A DNA stretch of 60,006 nucleotides from Steroidobacteraceae bacterium. Its GTDB lineage: Bacteria; Pseudomonadota; Gammaproteobacteria; Steroidobacterales; Steroidobacteraceae. The notes below the pieces were generated by a model, which was given only the letters and a program-made list of their open reading frames with translations, was not told where the DNA came from and searched no databases. The stretch spans positions 1 to 60,006 of the forward strand of contig DATKLZ010000092.1 of NCBI GenBank assembly GCA_035542135.1. The letters are read 5' to 3'. A program made the position numbers and the translations under genes. This document shows, one piece after another, positions 25,713 through 34,805 of this stretch; position 1 is the stretch's first letter, and each line of letters begins with the position of its first letter.

Positions 25713-26629
25713 CAACGCGTGCCCTGCGCCTGCGCATCGCGCAGCGCGGCATACAGTTCCTGCACGCGCTGCGTGACCGGGCCGGGCAGCGTCGCCGACA
25801 GCACGCGCCCGTCGATCTCGCGCACCGGCGTCACGCCGCCGAAGGTGCCGGTGACGAAGGCCTCGTCGGCATCCTGCGCCTCGGCCAGCGTGAACTCGCC
25901 GCGCTCGACCGGCAGTTGCGCCTGCTGGCACAAACGGATGACGTTGCCGCGCGTGATGCCGTTGAAGCAGTACTCGCCGGTCGAGGTCCTGACGACCCCA
26001 TCCTTGACGAAGAAGAAATTGGTCGCGTTGCAGCTCGACACGAAGCCGTTCGGATCGAGCATCAGCGCCTCATCGGCCCCGGCGTCGATCGCCTGCAGGA
26101 GCGCTGCGATCAGGTTGAGGCGGCTGTGCGAATTCAGCCGCATGTCGAACATCGAGGCGGGCGTGCACAGCACCGACGAGGTGCACAGGCTGATGCCGGT
26201 GGTGCGCAGCTGCGGCGCGGGCACCTTGTACTCGGCGACGATCGCCACCGTCGGCCGGCCGAGCGCGTTGCGCGGATCCTGGTTCAGCGCGGATTTCTCG
26301 CCGCGCGTGACCATCAGCCGGATGTGCACGCCATCGTGCATGCGGTTCGCCGCGAGCGTGCGCTCGAGCTCGGCGGCCAGCTTCGACCGGTCCATGCCGA
26401 TATCGAGGCGGATCTGCGCCGCACCCCAGTACAGGCGGTCGAGGTGGGCGTCGAGGAACAGCAGCGCGCCCCTGTGCAGCCGGATGCCTTCCCATACGCC
26501 ATCGCCGGCGATGAAGCCGCCGTCATAGAGCGACACGCGAGCCTCGGAGCGCGGCACCAGCGCGCCATTGAGGTTGACCAGGACCTGGTCGTTGCGCGGG
26601 TCCGGGGCCTGTTGCTGACTGCCTGCCAT
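25712..26629 (-). CDS. Class IV (branched-chain / D-amino-acid) aminotransferase family protein
   Basis: About 305 aa. FIAGDGVWEGIR...LDAHLDRL...RGEK...GITRG pattern of fold-type IV PLP enzymes. Confidence 0.8.
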   Translation of the reverse strand: MAGSQQQAPDPRNDQVLVNLNGALVPRSEARVSLYDGGFIAGDGVWEGIRLHRGALLFLDAHLDRLYWGAAQIRLDIGMDRSKLAAELERTLAANRMHDGVHIRLMVTRGEKSALNQDPRNALGRPTVAIVAEYKVPAPQLRTTGISLCTSSVLCTPASMFDMRLNSHSRLNLIAALLQAIDAGADEALMLDPNGFVSSCNATNFFFVKDGVVRTSTGEYCFNGITRGNVIRLCQQAQLPVERGEFTLAEAQDADEAFVTGTFGGVTPVREIDGRVLSATLPGPVTQRVQELYAALRDAQAQGTR

Positions 26630-26732
26630 GCGTCGATCCCATTGGATTGCCGCCGCTATGGTTGCGCGGCGGCCCGGAAAGATGCAACCCTGCGCCCGAG
26701 GTCCTGCCGGTGCAGGCGCTGACAGGTGTTCC

Positions 26733-27404
26733 ATGGAGCAATCACCGCTGGCGGCCGTCGAAGTCGAGACCGCGCCCGGCCCATCGCGGTCGGTGATCTG
26801 GCTGCACGGCCTCGGCGCCGATGGCCATGATTTCGAGCCTGCGGTTCCCTACCTGGCGCGGCCGGGCATGCCGGCGCTGCGCTTCGTGTTCCCGCACGCG
26901 CCGGTGCGGCCGGTCTCGCTCAATGGCGGACTGCCGATGCGCGCGTGGTACGACATCGCCGCGCTGAACCGCGATGCGCCGCAGGACGAGGCCGGCATCC
27001 GCGCCGCGGACGCCGCGATCCGCGCGCTGATTGCGCGCGAGAACGGGCGCGGCGTCGCCACCGACCGCATCGTGCTCGCCGGTTTCTCGCAGGGCGGCGC
27101 GATGGCGCTGCACACCGGCACGCGGCTGCCGGAGAAACTCGCCGGCGTCATCGGCCTGTCGTGCTACGCGCTGCTCGCCGGAAGTTTTGCGGGCGAGCGG
27201 CAGGCCGCGAACCAGCGCACGCCGTTCCTGCTGGCGCACGGCAGCTTCGATCCGGTGGTCGCGCCCGCGTTGGGCGAGGAAGCCCGCGCGCAGCTCGTGG
27301 CGGCCGGGTACGAGGTGGAGTGGCACACCTATCCGATGGCGCATTCGGTCTGCGCCGAGGAGCTCGCGCACATCGCCGCATTCCTGCAGCGCGTGCTGGC
27401 GTAG
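26733..27404 (+). CDS. Carboxylesterase/phospholipase family alpha/beta hydrolase
   Basis: VIWLHGLGADG, nucleophile elbow GFSQGGA, and a C-terminal H in YPMAHS. Confidence 0.85.
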   Translation: MEQSPLAAVEVETAPGPSRSVIWLHGLGADGHDFEPAVPYLARPGMPALRFVFPHAPVRPVSLNGGLPMRAWYDIAALNRDAPQDEAGIRAADAAIRALIARENGRGVATDRIVLAGFSQGGAMALHTGTRLPEKLAGVIGLSCYALLAGSFAGERQAANQRTPFLLAHGSFDPVVAPALGEEARAQLVAAGYEVEWHTYPMAHSVCAEELAHIAAFLQRVLA

Positions 27405-27431
27405 CGCGCGGGCGCAGCGCGGTCGCGCCGG

Positions 27432-28010
27432 TCAGTCGCCGCGGTCCGCCGCGATCCACCAGCCGCGCGCCGGCGCCTGCGCGCGCAACCGCAGCGGCGC
27501 GCGCCGCGGGTTGGACCAGCAGGCCAGCGCCATCGCGGGCAGCGCGCAGCCCGTGGCGCCGTCGGCCTGCACGAGCACCGGTCCGGCGCTGAACAGCGCC
27601 ACCAGTTCGCAGTCGGCCTCGAGCGTCGCGCGCTGCAGCAATGAGTGCGCGCGCAGGCGGCCGCGCGCACGGCGCAGCATGATGTTGAAATCCCGCGTCG
27701 CTGCGCCGAGCGCCGTGCAGTGCGTGGCGGCATCGCCGGCGAAGGCGTGCAGTTCGGCCTGCGAGGGGCCGAGCGTGCGTGGCGCCGATCCCGCCGTGGC
27801 CAGCCGCACGTCGCCGCCGGCGAGCACCGCGAACCAGCGGTCCACGCCTTCATACACGGAGAACGGGCCCGAGGCATCGATGTCGGCGACGCTGACGCGC
27901 ACGATCCAGTCGGTCGCATGGGGCCAGGCGAGCAGTTCGCGCGTCGTGCCGCCGCCGTTCTTCCAGGGCACGGGCGGCACGTCGGCGAGGCGCGTGATCC
28001 GCGGGTTCAT
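27432..28010 (-). CDS. HutD/Ves family protein
   Basis: N-terminal VPWKNGGGTTREL motif characteristic of HutD. Confidence 0.8.
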   Translation of the reverse strand: MNPRITRLADVPPVPWKNGGGTTRELLAWPHATDWIVRVSVADIDASGPFSVYEGVDRWFAVLAGGDVRLATAGSAPRTLGPSQAELHAFAGDAATHCTALGAATRDFNIMLRRARGRLRAHSLLQRATLEADCELVALFSAGPVLVQADGATGCALPAMALACWSNPRRAPLRLRAQAPARGWWIAADRGD

Positions 28011-28064
28011 CGCGTGCGATGCCTGCGTGCTATGTTACCGGCGGGCATTGGGGGAGCAGTCACG

Positions 28065-29522
28065 ATGGGCGAATTATCGCAGGAAACGCTCGATCCGGCC
28101 GACTGGCCGCAGCTGCGCGCGCTCGCGCATCGCGCCGTCGATGATGCGCTCGATTACCTGCAGCAAATGCGGCAGCGCCCGGTGTGGCAGCCGACGCCGG
28201 CCGAAGTGGCGGCGCAGTTCCGCGCGCCGCTCCCGCGGGCGCCGCAGGGCGCGGAGCGCGCCTACCAGGATTTCCGCGAGCAGGTCATGCCCTGGCAGAT
28301 GGGCAATACGCACGCGCGCTTCTGGGGCTGGTACATGGGCAACGGCACCGCCTTCGGCGCGCTCGGCGACTTCCTCGCCGCGATCGTCAATCCGAACATG
28401 GGCGGCGGCAACCATGTCGGCAACCTCGTCGAAGGCCAGGTGGTCGACTGGTGCAAGGAAATCGTCGGCCTGCCGCCCGACAGCGGCGGACTGCTGGTCA
28501 GCGGCGCCTCGATGGCGAACTTCGTCGCGCTCGCCGTGGCGCGCAGCGCCCGCGCCGTGGTCGACGTGCGCGCCGAAGGCGTCGCGGCCCTGCCGAAGCC
28601 GCTCGTCTTCTATGCGTCGGTGGAGGTGCACAGCTGCATCCAGAAGGCGATCGAGGTGCTCGGGCACGGCACCCAGGCGCTGCGCAGGATCGCGGTCGAC
28701 GATCGCTACCGCATCGACGTGGCGGCGCTGGCCGACGCCGTCGCCGCCGATCGCGCCGCCGGGCTCCAGCCCTGCGCCGTGATCGGCTCGGCCGGCACGA
28801 TCAACACCGGTTCGGTCGACGACCTGGCGGCCCTGGCCGATTTCTGCGGGCGCGAGAAATTGTGGTTCCACGTCGACGGGGCGATCGGCGCCGTCGCGGC
28901 GCTGTCGGAGGCGCTGCGCCCGCTGTTGCGCGGCATGGAGCGCGCCGACTCGGTCGCGCTCGACCTGCACAAGTGGCTGCACGTCCCCTTCGAGGCCGGC
29001 TGCGTCGTCGTGCGCGACCGCAAGGCGCATCGCGCCACGTTCGCGCTGACGCCCGAATACCTCGCGCACGCCCAGCGCGGCCTGGCCAGTGGCGCCGATT
29101 GGTTCAGCGACTACGGCCTGCAGCTCTCGCGCGGCTTCCGGGCGCTCAAGGTGTGGTTGTCGTTCAAGGAACACGGCCTCGACAAATACGGGCGGCTGAT
29201 CGACCAGAACTGCGCGCAGGCCCGGTGGCTCGGCGAACTCGTGCAGTCCGCGCCGGAGCTCGAGCTGATGGCGCCGGTGGGGCTCAACATCGTCTGCTTC
29301 CGTTTTCGCGGCCGCGGCGGCACGCCGCAGCAGCTCAATGCGCTCAACGAGGAGTTGCTGATCCGCCTGCACGAGGGCGGCGTCGTGGCGCCGTCGTACA
29401 CGACGCTGAAGGGCAACTATTGCCTGCGCGCCGCAATCGTCAATCACCGCACGCGCACCACCGACCTGGAGCTGCTGGTCGAGGAAGTGCAGCGGCGCGG
29501 GCGCGAGCTGCAGCGCGGCTAG
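28065..29522 (+). CDS. Group II pyridoxal-dependent decarboxylase
   Basis: ATG at 28065 with GGGGAG RBS. SGASMAN and the PLP-lysine context DLHKWLHVP. About 485 aa. Confidence 0.85.
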   Translation: MGELSQETLDPADWPQLRALAHRAVDDALDYLQQMRQRPVWQPTPAEVAAQFRAPLPRAPQGAERAYQDFREQVMPWQMGNTHARFWGWYMGNGTAFGALGDFLAAIVNPNMGGGNHVGNLVEGQVVDWCKEIVGLPPDSGGLLVSGASMANFVALAVARSARAVVDVRAEGVAALPKPLVFYASVEVHSCIQKAIEVLGHGTQALRRIAVDDRYRIDVAALADAVAADRAAGLQPCAVIGSAGTINTGSVDDLAALADFCGREKLWFHVDGAIGAVAALSEALRPLLRGMERADSVALDLHKWLHVPFEAGCVVVRDRKAHRATFALTPEYLAHAQRGLASGADWFSDYGLQLSRGFRALKVWLSFKEHGLDKYGRLIDQNCAQARWLGELVQSAPELELMAPVGLNIVCFRFRGRGGTPQQLNALNEELLIRLHEGGVVAPSYTTLKGNYCLRAAIVNHRTRTTDLELLVEEVQRRGRELQRG

Positions 29523-31870
29523 CGGGCGCCGGCGGCATCCGGCGCCAGCGTGACGGAACGGTAGACGATCGCCAGATCGCCGTCCTGCGAGGCGGTGGTC
29601 AGCGCCGGGCCGGCGGGCCGCAGCGCAGCGCCTTCGGGCGGCAGCCCGTAGGAGCGATCGAGCAGGTGCAGCGCGTGCGCCTTCGCATCCGGAACGCGCA
29701 GCTCGACGTCGACGCCGCTGGCGGGGCCGCCGACCAGGTCGAGCCAGCCGGTGCCGCCGGGCGCGCGCCAGACCTTCACGTCCAGCCGTTGCGCGCCGTC
29801 GAGCACCGCGGCCGAAGTCACCTTGAACGACGGCGGCAGCGCCAGCTCGATCTCGGGCGCGCCGCGCGCGGAACGCAGGTGCAGGTGATAGCGGACCCCA
29901 TCCGCGTCCGCCTGCGCAGCGAGCACCTGCAGTTCCGGCGCCGCGTAGTCGAGAAGCGGTGCCGCGGCCACGTGCACCCCGCTGATCGGGCCCGCCGGCA
30001 GCGCGGCGGCCGGCGCCGCGCCGCTGTCCCCGAACCCGAGCTGCGGAGGGCTGCTCTTGGAATCGGGCTGCAGGATCCAGCGCGCGCCGTGGCTGTCGGC
30101 ATCGAGTGCGTACCACAGCAGCGTGCGTTGCGGCATCTGCTGCGAATAGGGCGCTTGCAGCAGCGTCACCGCGACGCCGGCCACCACGCCCACGGTGGAC
30201 ACCAGCAGCAGCGCGCGCTCGTGGCGCGATGGTGCGTTGACGAGCAGGGGCGCCAGGCCCAGGGCGATCAGCGCGCAGACTGCCGTGATGATCGGCCAGG
30301 CGTCCGCGCCGAGGCCGGTGTACATCAGCAGCGTCGAAGGCAGGAACGCGAAGGCCGTGCCGAACACCGGCAGGGCCACGGCGAGCGACGGCAGGACCGC
30401 GTCGCCAGCCACGCGATGCGATGCGCGCAGCACGAACGCTGCGCCCAGCAGGCTGGCGGTGACCGGCACGACGAACAGGAAACTCAGCTCCGGGAAGCGC
30501 AGCGAGCACAGCACGGCGAGCGCGGCGTGCAGCGCGATGTTGGCCAGCCACAGGCCCCAGGGGCCGGTGCGGCGGGCGTACACGCGCGCGGCCAGCAGCG
30601 GCGCCAGCAGCGCGAGCGCCACGCAGGCGATGTGCATGCCGAGCGGATGCGCCGTCCACCCGTAGGCTTCGGCCGGCGGCACCGCCCCGGTGCCGCGCAC
30701 CAGCGCCAGCAGCAGCGCCGCGGGCAGCAGCGCGCACAGCCATCCGCACGCCAGCGCGGCCCAGCCGAAGACGATGCCCTGCGCAGGGATGTCGGCGCGC
30801 CGCCGGATCCGCCACAGCGCCAGCAACAGCGCGGCCACCAGCATGCAGCCGATCCACGGCGCCCAGCTCGCTGGCCAGTGCGCCAGCGAGCGCCCGAACA
30901 GGTCGAAGAACACCGCGCCCGCCGCGGGCCATTTCTCCACATCAGCCGCCGCCAGCGCCTGCACGGCCGCGAGCGCATTCTGTCCCTGGTGCTGGAGGCT
31001 CCCGAAGTCGAGGTTGGCCAGCGAATCCTGCGGCGTGTGGTAACGCTCCACATCGCCGATCAGCGCGAAGTTGAATCCCTCGTAGCCGGCGCCCTTGAAC
31101 ACCGTGAAGTCGGTGTCGTTCGGCAGCAGCTTGTAGATGAAGAAGTAGAGCGAATTGCTCTTCGGCCGCGCGACCGAACCGGCGAACAGCCGCATCGAGG
31201 AATCGGTGGCCGCGCCGGTCTCGAACATCAGGCTCGGGCCGCTGTCGCCGCGCGCATCGATATTGACGACCGACTTGACGGTGCGCGCGAGCGGGTGCGA
31301 ATCGACGAACAGCTTCGCGCCCAGCAGGCCGGTTTCCTCGCCTTCGTCGATCAGCAGGATGACCGGGTGCCGCGCCGGCGGCTGCAGTTTCAGGATGCGC
31401 GCGATCTCGAGGATCGAGGCGACGCCGGCGCCATCGTCGCCGGCGCCCGGCCCGGCTGGCACCGAATCGTAATGCGCCGCCAGCAGCACGGCGCCGCTGG
31501 CCGGCTCGCTGCCGTCGAGCTGCGCGACGATGTTGACCGCCCGGCCGCAGGCGAAAGCCGTATCGCACACCCAACCTTCCTGCAACTGCGCCGGGATGCC
31601 GAGCGCGGCCAGCCGTGCGACGATGCGCTCGCGCACCCGCGCGTCGGCCGGGCTGGCGAGCGGATGCGGTACGCCCTCGGCCAGCAGCGCATGCAACTGC
31701 GCTGCCGCGCGCAGCGCGGAGAATTGCGTGGCGGGTGCATCCAGCGCCAGCGGCGCCGGCGGATCATCCAGCCGCTGCGCCGCTCCGGCAAAGGCCAGCA
31801 GCGCGGCCAGGATGATCCAGAGTGATGTTCCGCCCGGCTTGACGCCGCCCACTGGCCCGCGGCCGCGCAT
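29519..31870 (-). CDS. M28 family metallopeptidase fused to a polytopic membrane domain
   Basis: AAHYDSV..GAGDDGAGV and DEGEETGLLGA M28 zinc-ligand motifs, followed by at least 8 hydrophobic spans and a C-terminal soluble domain. Confidence 0.85.
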   Translation of the reverse strand: MRGRGPVGGVKPGGTSLWIILAALLAFAGAAQRLDDPPAPLALDAPATQFSALRAAAQLHALLAEGVPHPLASPADARVRERIVARLAALGIPAQLQEGWVCDTAFACGRAVNIVAQLDGSEPASGAVLLAAHYDSVPAGPGAGDDGAGVASILEIARILKLQPPARHPVILLIDEGEETGLLGAKLFVDSHPLARTVKSVVNIDARGDSGPSLMFETGAATDSSMRLFAGSVARPKSNSLYFFIYKLLPNDTDFTVFKGAGYEGFNFALIGDVERYHTPQDSLANLDFGSLQHQGQNALAAVQALAAADVEKWPAAGAVFFDLFGRSLAHWPASWAPWIGCMLVAALLLALWRIRRRADIPAQGIVFGWAALACGWLCALLPAALLLALVRGTGAVPPAEAYGWTAHPLGMHIACVALALLAPLLAARVYARRTGPWGLWLANIALHAALAVLCSLRFPELSFLFVVPVTASLLGAAFVLRASHRVAGDAVLPSLAVALPVFGTAFAFLPSTLLMYTGLGADAWPIITAVCALIALGLAPLLVNAPSRHERALLLVSTVGVVAGVAVTLLQAPYSQQMPQRTLLWYALDADSHGARWILQPDSKSSPPQLGFGDSGAAPAAALPAGPISGVHVAAAPLLDYAAPELQVLAAQADADGVRYHLHLRSARGAPEIELALPPSFKVTSAAVLDGAQRLDVKVWRAPGGTGWLDLVGGPASGVDVELRVPDAKAHALHLLDRSYGLPPEGAALRPAGPALTTASQDGDLAIVYRSVTLAPDAAGAR

Positions 31871-31917
31871 GGCACCGGCCCCTCCCGTTGCAAGAGGAGC
31901 CGATCATACGCCAGGGG

Positions 31918-32010
31918 TCAGGAATTCAGGCGCACCGCCAGCGCCAAAGCGCCCACGACGATGACCGAGGCGATGACGGCGATGCGCATGAAGTTGTCCT
32001 TGGTATCCAT
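31918..32010 (-). CDS. Possible 30-aa single-TM small protein
   Basis: MDTKDNFMRIAVIASVIVVGALALAVRLNS. Below the ORF-track cutoff. Weak RBS (GGGG). Lies between the M28 gene and the yidB-like gene. Confidence 0.3.
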   Translation of the reverse strand: MDTKDNFMRIAVIASVIVVGALALAVRLNS

Positions 32011-32127
32011 GGTGTGCCCCGGCCTGTGTTGGTGTGCGCATCATTCCAGCCGGACGGGCGGGCAGCGGCAAGCTGTCGCGAATCCCGCACAGCCCGGGCC
32101 AGCCGGTCGCGCCCGGATTACGTCAGG

Positions 32128-32460
32128 TCAGGTCTTGGGCAGCACGCCACCCGGGGTCAGCTTGTCGATCGCGGCGGGCAACGCCTGCGTGAGCTTGGCG
32201 AGCAGATCCTGCGGATTGAGGCCCACCTTGGCCGCCAGCTTCGCCACCGTGTCGGCGCCGAGCGCCTGGTGGAGCTGGTCCGTCGAGACCGGCTGGTTCG
32301 GCCCGGTGCCGACCCACGACTTGACCGTGTTGCCGAGTCCATTCTGCTGCAGCTGGCTGACGATGCCCGCCACGCCGCCGTGTTGCTCGATCAGGTGATT
32401 CACCGTCGTGGCCATTTCGGCGCCCACGATGCCACCCAGGATGCCGTCGAACATGCCCAT
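32128..32460 (-). CDS. YidB (DUF937) family protein
   Basis: Internal ATG at 32460 with GAGGGA RBS. MGMFDGILGG...SWVGTGPNQPVS..QL..ALG matches the YidB family pattern. Confidence 0.75.
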   Translation of the reverse strand: MGMFDGILGGIVGAEMATTVNHLIEQHGGVAGIVSQLQQNGLGNTVKSWVGTGPNQPVSTDQLHQALGADTVAKLAAKVGLNPQDLLAKLTQALPAAIDKLTPGGVLPKT

Positions 32461-32519
32461 GTGCCGTCCCTCGTTCGATGTTGGTCGGAACGAAGGATGA
32501 TACGCGATGGCGCGCCGAT

Positions 32520-34304
32520 CTATACCAGCGGCGTGCCGCGCGGCACGTGCACGACCACGGTGCCGGCGATCTTGTCGTGCCACGACTGCCGGTCCGCGTC
32601 GAAGACCACCCAGATGAATCCGAGGCCGGCGACCACCAAGGACAGGAAGGCGCCGAGCGCGCGCGCGATCGCCGTGGGCCAGTCGATGGGGCGCCCGTCG
32701 AGCCGCGCCACGCGCAGGCCGCAGATGATGCCGCCGATGGTCGTGCCGCGCAGCTTCCACATCACCGCGCCGTAGGCGGCGAGGAAGACCAGCATCGAGT
32801 CATGCCCGATGTGCACCATGGACAGCACGACGCCCACCAGCACCAGGTCGAGCAACAAGGCCGCCATGCGGATCCAGAATCCGGCGCGGTTCTCGATCTC
32901 GAGGGAAACCGGCGCCGGCGCGGGCGGCGGCGCAGCGGGCGGCGCAGCAGGCGGCGGGGTGGCCCCGGCTGCGGCGCCGGCCAGCGGCTCAGGCGTGGCG
33001 GCGGCAGCAGCGGGTGATGCGGCGGCGGCCTGCGCGGTGGGCGTGGCGGCGGCCGCGGGCGGCGGTGCCTTCGCCGCGCGGTTCGAGCGCAGGCGCAAGA
33101 TCAATGTGTACACGACGATGCCGAGGCCGAGGATGTCGAACAGCTTGTAGGCGATGAAGCCGAAGAAGGGCACGACATACAGGAGCAGCGCGATCAGGCC
33201 ACCGACCAGGACGGCCAGCACCGGTGGCCGTTCCGCGCCGTCTGCGCGCGCGGGCACGACGCGGCGCCCGAGCCAGGCCAGCGCGACCGCCTTGCCGAAC
33301 AGGCCGGCCACGAACAGCGCGAAGGCGAGGAACGGAATCAGCGCCGCGCCGATCACGGTGACCACGAGCACCAGGAACACGATCGGCTTGAGGATGAACG
33401 TGAACAGCGAAGCCAGCACGGCGCGGCCCGGGCGCTCTTCCATCGTGCGCGCGCATTCGACGATGCCCTGCGGGAACAACAGCGCGATCAGCAGGTACAG
33501 GCCCAGGAATCCCAGCGCCAGGGTCCACGCCCAGCCGATGCCCGGCACGAATGCGAGCGGACGCCCGAGCATCAGGCAGTGGTGCACCCACGGGTGGAGC
33601 CAGCCGAATCCGCTCATCTTGCCGAACAGCGCCACGTTCTGGACCGTGCCGTGCACGATGGCGGCGGGGTCGCGGATCAGTTCGCCGCCGATGGCGACGA
33701 CATCGCCGCCGACATCGGCGTGCGGACCGAGTTCGACGTTGCCCAGCACCGCGACCACGTCCTCGCCGACATGGCCGTCGACATAGGTGCTCCCGAACAC
33801 GGCGACGGCGTTTTCGCCGACCTTTCCGGTCACGCGCGTATCGCCGAGAACCGAGACCACCGCTTCTTCGACTTCGCCGTCGCTGGTCGAAGAGCCCAGC
33901 ACCGACACCACGGTGCTCGCGTGTTTGCCGGCGGCGAGCGTGGAGTCGTGCCCGAAGCCGACCAGGGCATCGTCCTTGCCGTGTGCGCGGCCGCCATGAT
34001 CGGCCGAATCGTCGCCATCGGAATCCTCGGCCGCGTCGCCGTCCGCTCCCTTGCCCGCGACCGACCCGGGCTTGCCGTCGTCGAGCTTGGCATCGGCCGT
34101 GATCGTGATCTTCAGCTTGTGCCCCGGCTTCGACGCGGCGGACGGCGACGGTGGTGCCGGCGGCGTCACGACCGAGGGCGCGGCACGCGCGTCCGGCGCG
34201 GCGGTCGTCGCCGCGTCGTCGGCCAACGACGTTTGCGCGGTGGCGAGCAGGCCCGTCAGCGCGAAGGCGGCCAGCAGCGATGGAAGGAGTTTCTGGGTGT
34301 GCAT
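32520..34304 (-). CDS. Membrane protein: secreted beta-helix-like repeat region + polytopic core + C-terminal RDD domain
   Basis: Signal peptide. Acidic low-complexity region. Repeats VSVLGSS/VSVLGDTRVTGKVGENAVAVFG/VVAVLGNVELG/VVAIGG (bactofilin-like). Several TM spans. Pro/Ala linker. RDD-like tail (GFWIRM...WHDKIAGTVVV). Confidence 0.75.
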   Translation of the reverse strand: MHTQKLLPSLLAAFALTGLLATAQTSLADDAATTAAPDARAAPSVVTPPAPPSPSAASKPGHKLKITITADAKLDDGKPGSVAGKGADGDAAEDSDGDDSADHGGRAHGKDDALVGFGHDSTLAAGKHASTVVSVLGSSTSDGEVEEAVVSVLGDTRVTGKVGENAVAVFGSTYVDGHVGEDVVAVLGNVELGPHADVGGDVVAIGGELIRDPAAIVHGTVQNVALFGKMSGFGWLHPWVHHCLMLGRPLAFVPGIGWAWTLALGFLGLYLLIALLFPQGIVECARTMEERPGRAVLASLFTFILKPIVFLVLVVTVIGAALIPFLAFALFVAGLFGKAVALAWLGRRVVPARADGAERPPVLAVLVGGLIALLLYVVPFFGFIAYKLFDILGLGIVVYTLILRLRSNRAAKAPPPAAAATPTAQAAAASPAAAAATPEPLAGAAAGATPPPAAPPAAPPPAPAPVSLEIENRAGFWIRMAALLLDLVLVGVVLSMVHIGHDSMLVFLAAYGAVMWKLRGTTIGGIICGLRVARLDGRPIDWPTAIARALGAFLSLVVAGLGFIWVVFDADRQSWHDKIAGTVVVHVPRGTPLV

Positions 34305-34307
34305 GAT

Positions 34308-34805
34308 TCAGTTCCGGGCGTGTTCGGGCGTCGTGTCGAGCAGGGTGCGGAAGGCGGCGGCGCCGAGGCCGAACAGCGCCACGTACAGGAACAGCGTTGC
34401 GCCGGCGGCGCCGTAGAGCCAGGCCGACGACACATTCCGCGTCAGCATCTCGCCCAGCAACTGCAGCGCCTGGCCCAGGTTGGCGACCATCTGCGCGGCC
34501 GCACGCCCCGTGTTCGCCAGCGGCACCTGCTGGAGCGAATCGGCAAACCGGCCCAACCGATCGGAGGTCAGCCAGGTGAGCGCCAGCAGCCCGGCGCTGA
34601 GCAGCGCGAAGACCACGCGCGCCAGCCACGGCCAGGCGCTGAAGCCCTGCAGCCACCACGGGCGCGCGGCCTCGGCGGCGAGCCGCTGCAGGATGCGCGC
34701 CTCGAGGCTCGCCGGCGCCTGCCGCAGCGGCTGCGCGCGCAGCAGTTGGTCGACGTACCGTTCGAGCTCACGCTCGTCGCGGGGCGGTTTGCGCAGGTTG
34801 TCCAT
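34308..34805 (-). CDS. Membrane protein, putative anti-sigma factor (by position only)
   Basis: Starts 1 nt after the sigma gene stop (TGAATG). 165 aa with 3 predicted TM spans. No zf-HC2 motif seen. Confidence 0.5.
   Translation of the reverse strand: MDNLRKPPRDERELERYVDQLLRAQPLRQAPASLEARILQRLAAEAARPWWLQGFSAWPWLARVVFALLSAGLLALTWLTSDRLGRFADSLQQVPLANTGRAAAQMVANLGQALQLLGEMLTRNVSSAWLYGAAGATLFLYVALFGLGAAAFRTLLDTTPEHARN

Noticed and set aside
23469-26528. 1019-aa plus-strand ORF
   Set aside because: It is antisense to the aminopeptidase P, sulfotransferase-like and class IV aminotransferase genes. It has no recognisable domains and shadow-ORF composition.
29519-29522. Convergent genes sharing the tetranucleotide CTAG as overlapping stop codons
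   Set aside because: It is real but trivial, a by-product of tight packing with no evident function.
28184-31825. 1213-aa plus-strand ORF (and the 952-aa minus-strand ORF 28074..30932) spanning the decarboxylase and M28 genes
   Set aside because: The translations are dominated by Arg/Ala/Gly/Pro runs with no motifs. They lie antisense to, or out of frame with, genes that carry clear catalytic motifs. These are typical high-GC shadow ORFs.
32930-33090. GC-rich short tandem repeats (GGCGGCG/GCAGC units) that resemble a VNTR or CRISPR-like periodicity
   Set aside because: They are in frame within the RDD-protein gene and encode its Pro/Ala linker. There is no spacer-repeat organisation.
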